Notes under the pieces: model-generated
What the model was told of the DNA's origin: nothing
What the model saw: the letters and a program-made list of their open reading frames with translations, nothing else
Database searches by the model: none
NCBI GenBank assembly: GCA_002327315.1
Contig: DCVI01000173.1
Span: 10,971 to 57,684, forward strand
Reading direction: 5' to 3'
Length of the DNA stretch: 46,714 nucleotides
From: Syntrophaceae bacterium UBA2192
GTDB lineage: Bacteria; Desulfobacterota; Syntrophia; Syntrophales; UBA2192
Shown: piece by piece, positions 45,401 through 46,714 of the stretch
How the letters are laid out: each line of letters begins with the position of its first letter
How positions within the stretch are numbered: position 1 is the stretch's first letter
Program-made: the position numbers and the translations under genes

Positions 45401-46714
45401 GCATTCCTGTGCCTTACGGAAGTCACCGGATTCCACCCGAATGTTCCCCAGGATGAGCGGGATCTCCATGTCCCGGGGATCGAGCAACAGGGCCTTTTCG
45501 TAATGGCGTACGGCTTCCTCGGGGCGCTTCAAGGCCACGTAGTGGAAATCGGCCAGGTTTTTCCGGAAGGTGGCATTTCCGGGATCCAGGGAGACGGCCT
45601 TTTCATAGTGAGTCAGGGCCTTTTCCCCGCAGCCCGTTTCGTAGCAGAGGACGGCAAGATCGTTGTATGCCGGGGCGTAGTCCGGGAAGGAACCCAACAG
45701 TCTTTCGAGAGCGAAAATCGCCTCCGTGTGTTTCCCGGCGGAGATCAACAGTCTGAGAATTCCATCGTGGGCCTCGACGGCCCGACTTTTTTCGCCTCCC
45801 CGTTCTGATTCCTGCGCGCTCTGTTCGAGGGGCTCCGTGTGTCTTTGTACCGAAGGCGGTATGTTCTCAGGTCTTTCCGCACATGGTTTTTGTGCTCTCG
45901 CAGAAGGATTTGCGCTCGCGGCCATCTGAAACATGGAAAGCATGCAGTAAGGGTCGCTTCCGAGGAGCTTGAGCCTTACGCTGGAGGAATCATAAAGTCG
46001 CAGCTCTTCTTCGTGGCGAATGAAATTGTGGCTTTCATCCCGGACGAGGTCATATTGGACATGCCAGGCCATGGCCCTTTCGACGGCGCAGAACCGGTTT
46101 TTTCTTTGATGGAATACTTTCAAGAGACCGTGCTGCTGGCTTCGGATCGGGTAATGGCGGAGGATGAATCGGATGGGGAAGACGGTCCGGCCGTCAAAAG
46201 CGATATCATGCCCGCCGCTGGTGACCAGATCGATCGGCACATGAAGGTTTTTCCAGGCCTTCACTTGGCGGGAGTTGTAATCTTCGGCTCCCTCGTAATG
46301 CTTCAGATATTCGCGGACGTCTCTGCCGGGCACGAAGGAGTTGTCGACGGGCCTGAAGTTCAGAAGCTCAAAATCGATCGCGTTGCACCCCAGGCGGTCA
46401 ACCACTTGTATGGCTTCTTTCAGCGTGAGCCCCGGCCAGGGGGATTCACGGAACTCATCCGCGTCTGCATGGATGAACCAGTCCGCGTCGAGCTGTGAGG
46501 CGATCTCGGATTTTCTCTTCAGAATGTCCCGCCAGATATATTGGGACTTGTTTTCATCTGCGTAATGCGAGTCGTCGGGAAATTTCTCGATGTGAAGGAG
46601 CCCTTTCCCGAGCCATTTTGCAGCCTCTTCGACCGTGTTGTCCGTCGAACGGTGGTCCAGCAGATAGGCGCACACGCCCTGCCGGATGAGGTCACCGATG
46701 ACGTGGTAAATGAC
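36452..46714 (-). CDS. Giant multi-domain glycosyltransferase/TPR protein (at least 3420 aa, 5' end outside the window)
   Basis: Uninterrupted frame open to the edge (VIYHVIGDLIRQGVCAYLLD). Recognisable GT2-like, TPR, GT2, GT4-like, GT9, WbsX/GH99-like, GT2, GT2, TPR, GT2 and TPR modules. Confidence 0.92.
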   Translation of the reverse strand, partial: VIYHVIGDLIRQGVCAYLLDHRSTDNTVEEAAKWLGKGLLHIEKFPDDSHYADENKSQYIWRDILKRKSEIASQLDADWFIHADADEFRESPWPGLTLKEAIQVVDRLGCNAIDFELLNFRPVDNSFVPGRDVREYLKHYEGAEDYNSRQVKAWKNLHVPIDLVTSGGHDIAFDGRTVFPIRFILRHYPIRSQQHGLLKVFHQRKNRFCAVERAMAWHVQYDLVRDESHNFIRHEEELRLYDSSSVRLKLLGSDPYCMLSMFQMAASANPSARAQKPCAERPENIPPSVQRHTEPLEQSAQESERGGEKSRAVEAHDGILRLLISAGKHTEAIFALERLLGSFPDYAPAYNDLAVLCYETGCGEKALTHYEKAVSLDPGNATFRKNLADFHYVALKRPEEAVRHYEKALLLDPRDMEIPLILGNIRVESGDFRKAQECYLRVLEMDPSNELAGKTFDALDARGQECVEGDPESLLREARMLARRGLADRAIGKLEKLLQVSPEHALAYNDLGFLHYRKGDTATACCHYEKAVALNPDDPTLLKNLADLYFVDAGRMEDALRIYHRILQGDPDDLDALKAIGSICVQRSLLEDASVFFERILNINPQDEEARKTLESIRRVQSPIEETSLSCAEGRKESVGDLHREGGAPGAMATHNVKDMDRKKRASIIIPVFNKVDYTKKCVDTLRKNTPRDLYELIVIDNASSDGTAEYLKGLGDAVNIVANTENTGFVIACNQGAELARGEYLIFLNNDTEPIPGWLESLIEVADGNPRVGAVGAKLILPDGRLQEAGGIVFSDGNGWNFGYGDDPGKDIYNIACEVDYCSGACLLVRKSLFDELGGLDERYIPAYYEETDLCFGLRKIGYKVVYNPRAVVIHHESITAGRDTKSGIKKYIEINRRKFVDKWKEELIRHEAHPTRTGEQPVTASRTRLFQMPSDVSSRSIAPDAAERKVLFFFPQNPHPPRTGAHQRFLSMLRSFKELGFRVTVASTDLFAHFPWNQGSAEQLEKEYGIKVALYRGNGADRQYIDTVSRQNHGLINWKQYTPPGLVDYFRHLHSTLAPDIVMMNYAYWGALASGDDFSGTRTLIDTHDLLTLGIKMKQALGNHLANPPFDAGKVPPELVREDFFRKFALDADDDEYDIYNRYDYTIAISPDEASKIRHKARSTRVIYIPMTFSVSPNHNTYDAPPVFAAGDNLFNIQGYLYLASRVLPAILEKEGRLTCDVLGDACKHFVEAPGTRLLGFVKDIKAHYAASKFAICPLIGGTGMQVKIPEAMAQGLPVITLKNVSKSSPVIHGVNGFIAESAHDFGEYMIELFHNRELCRKMGRQAAETIAEQFSERNTLETLSEITSHRAPSSFRHEMDIPRVAELTSDHESAPVVIGKPKTTIAIGLTEHFGDIVACEPVSRFLRENHPEAHIVWVVNERYRELVDANPNIDETLAVRCLTEWITLADSGVFDKIIDLHVNGKSCPVCNVALQKSSGNTGITEETYYSHGSLLQAFCKGAGLQELNDAPRVYIPDSIKEKVDSLDLPPRFITLHCLSNDPRRDWRDDKWDQLARSIRERFDLPVVEIGIRSVLSRHGQAGTLNQCGRLSLLETAEVIKRSELFIGIDSGPAHLANAVGTPGIILLGHFVNFRVYLPYTGHYAGGETVQILRNTKGPASDISVEKVLNAVGNRIRQKTIPSRHDWSARETAGRKGLGTTEGLSGNGAKLIAFYSPHFHSIIENDIWWGKSFTDWRPVTQTKPCFPGHYQPHLPSDFGFYDLQDRRIREEQARIARMHGIHGFCFWYYWFNGKMMLEGPLQDTLACGQPDIPFCLAWRNGDLTRRQYGLEPEILQAQTYGGEEDFENQFQWLLKAFRDRRYITIEGKPLLLISNPSEIPDIGSLTACWKKLAERNGFKGLFLMAVHDTAGVTDDHWRRLGFDGGLLYQPGFEFPRRYLEDQNRQWLNRILNGKERWGTAKQLVIPYYVAWPYMAEANSSTAQDPSLFSCVAPSWDDSPKRPAAGATILHHASPGSYESWLRMELQRVGNRTPDRRIVFINAWNSWADGCHLEPDLKFGRQFLQATRRALRYGPEEFPNPDWHLFKGVAADPSCLEEHFYHLARSLQSSARERAILQHEIKQLTAQGHTGEATLKTEWLNVAKEKSAQIHLAMADCLQRRGTPDRAFPHLRIAAALQAECHPGTSGDFKEKHASPCDVVPSPCVQGKVSVILPLSDTLEYGKNCLRALLSYTGKNTCEIVVINRTGQEETTLHLERLNRHIKVIAGKKDESVSESLNRGAEAANGRYLVFLSEEAEVLPDWISPLVALVSDDARVGAVGPNLILPDGQVYSAGQIVLHDKRSKDPLTFRGIVSAQTLDGSEDGKPRIVQVLDSSCLLIRRTAFEDVGGFDRKFHIWGYHFDLLFKLQKRGWLVVCQPASTVFRFGNRYAPEQVQLAQADLHHMHAKWQAKIRPDFVAEQDGTVKKGEAGIIREYVSPQDRLPSGMPLKTGDMGDHVSIVILTFNELDYSKKCVESIRRHTPEPHEIIFVDNGSKDGTLQWLRELVKENTGYRLIENGKNLGFAKGCNQGIEAATGNYILLLNNDTVVTDRWLSGMLECLKSTPEAGIVGPMTNNISGVQKVGRVGYDAIEGLESYTRSFREKNRHRRTEARRVVGFCMLFRRSLVDQIGPLDESFGTGNFEDDDFCARAALAGYRNVIAGDVFIHHFGSRSFIGNRIDYGSSLTGNRKIYNDKWRDIEQKPHEGRKIRALVARELAWKSSQQGNVKGAVDLYLSAIRQDPQDKRNYTELAHMLIQSGRHGDALDALRQCPIASGDADRLVLEGQCREGLNELEEAGNLADLALSMNEVHAPALNLKGILAFRQNAAEEAREYFEKAAAADPSWGEPLTNLGVLLWTAGERDESIDLLEKGFILSPHVVDLTERYHAAAVSLGAHPRAEKFFREARNLYPSSRTIVFLLIDLLISQEDHGTAMEEIEAAMAAFETDDGFIAAALEVRNKIGPLEIKDKAKRDTLSLCMIVKNEQPNLVRCLSSVKAAVDEIVVVDTGSTDRTKDVAAVFGAKVFDFAWDEDFSHARNFSLSKAGGNWILVIDADETVSSRDHEKLRSLIRKSPKGIGGYDLTTRNYVIEPNTAGWTANDGSYRDEEAGTGWYPNRKVRLFRRDPRIRFSGAVHELVEPSMLGAGMKIVACDVPVHHTGKLDRMRVTEKGERYFLLGMKKIEETGGTPRAILELAIQAGELGRYDDAIRLWRRYLDGKPAQDVSRAYVNLINACLNADRFDEALDEARKAAVHANGTRELLLNCAAAEFFAGDVRKAIKMTEKILKNEPAYPPALSLLAICYALAGHAGTSTEHLQRLHETGLEPRSQILPVIEKLRKVGKKDQANKLLILMDWQPRTDNGPSLPSPDRSRQGSGCSVQR

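Overview
A GC-rich, nearly contiguous flagellar gene cluster, probably from a deltaproteobacterium (Desulfobacterota/Syntrophales-like; inferred from gene order and protein style). The + strand carries fliI (5'-truncated), fliJ, a MotE-like gene, fliK-flgD-flgE, fliLMNOPQR-flhB-flhA-flhF-flhG-fliA, several accessory genes, and flgFGAHIJ-flgM-flgN-flgK-flgL. The window ends in a 5'-truncated giant (at least 3420 aa) multi-domain glycosyltransferase/TPR gene on the - strand. Three good sigma-54 promoters (fliK, fliL, flgF) and four sigma-28 promoters with identical T(A/C)AAG-N15-G(C/T)CGA spacing are visible. The main surprises are these. (1) After flgL, where csrA-fliW or fliD/fliS often sit, there is an alphaproteobacterial-style module (alpha-type flagellin, a divergent flagellin paralog, flbT, flaF) driven by a FliA promoter, giving a hybrid FliA/FlgM plus FlbT/FlaF filament control system. 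(2) An uncharacterised FliA-class TPR plus Ig-like protein. (3) A sensor-less pseudo-histidine kinase. (4) The giant glycosyltransferase looks like a glycan assembly line and includes apparently dead modules. (5) About 20 oriented 7-mer/8-mer tandem arrays sit at gene junctions. All assignments come from motif recognition by eye; no database searches were run.
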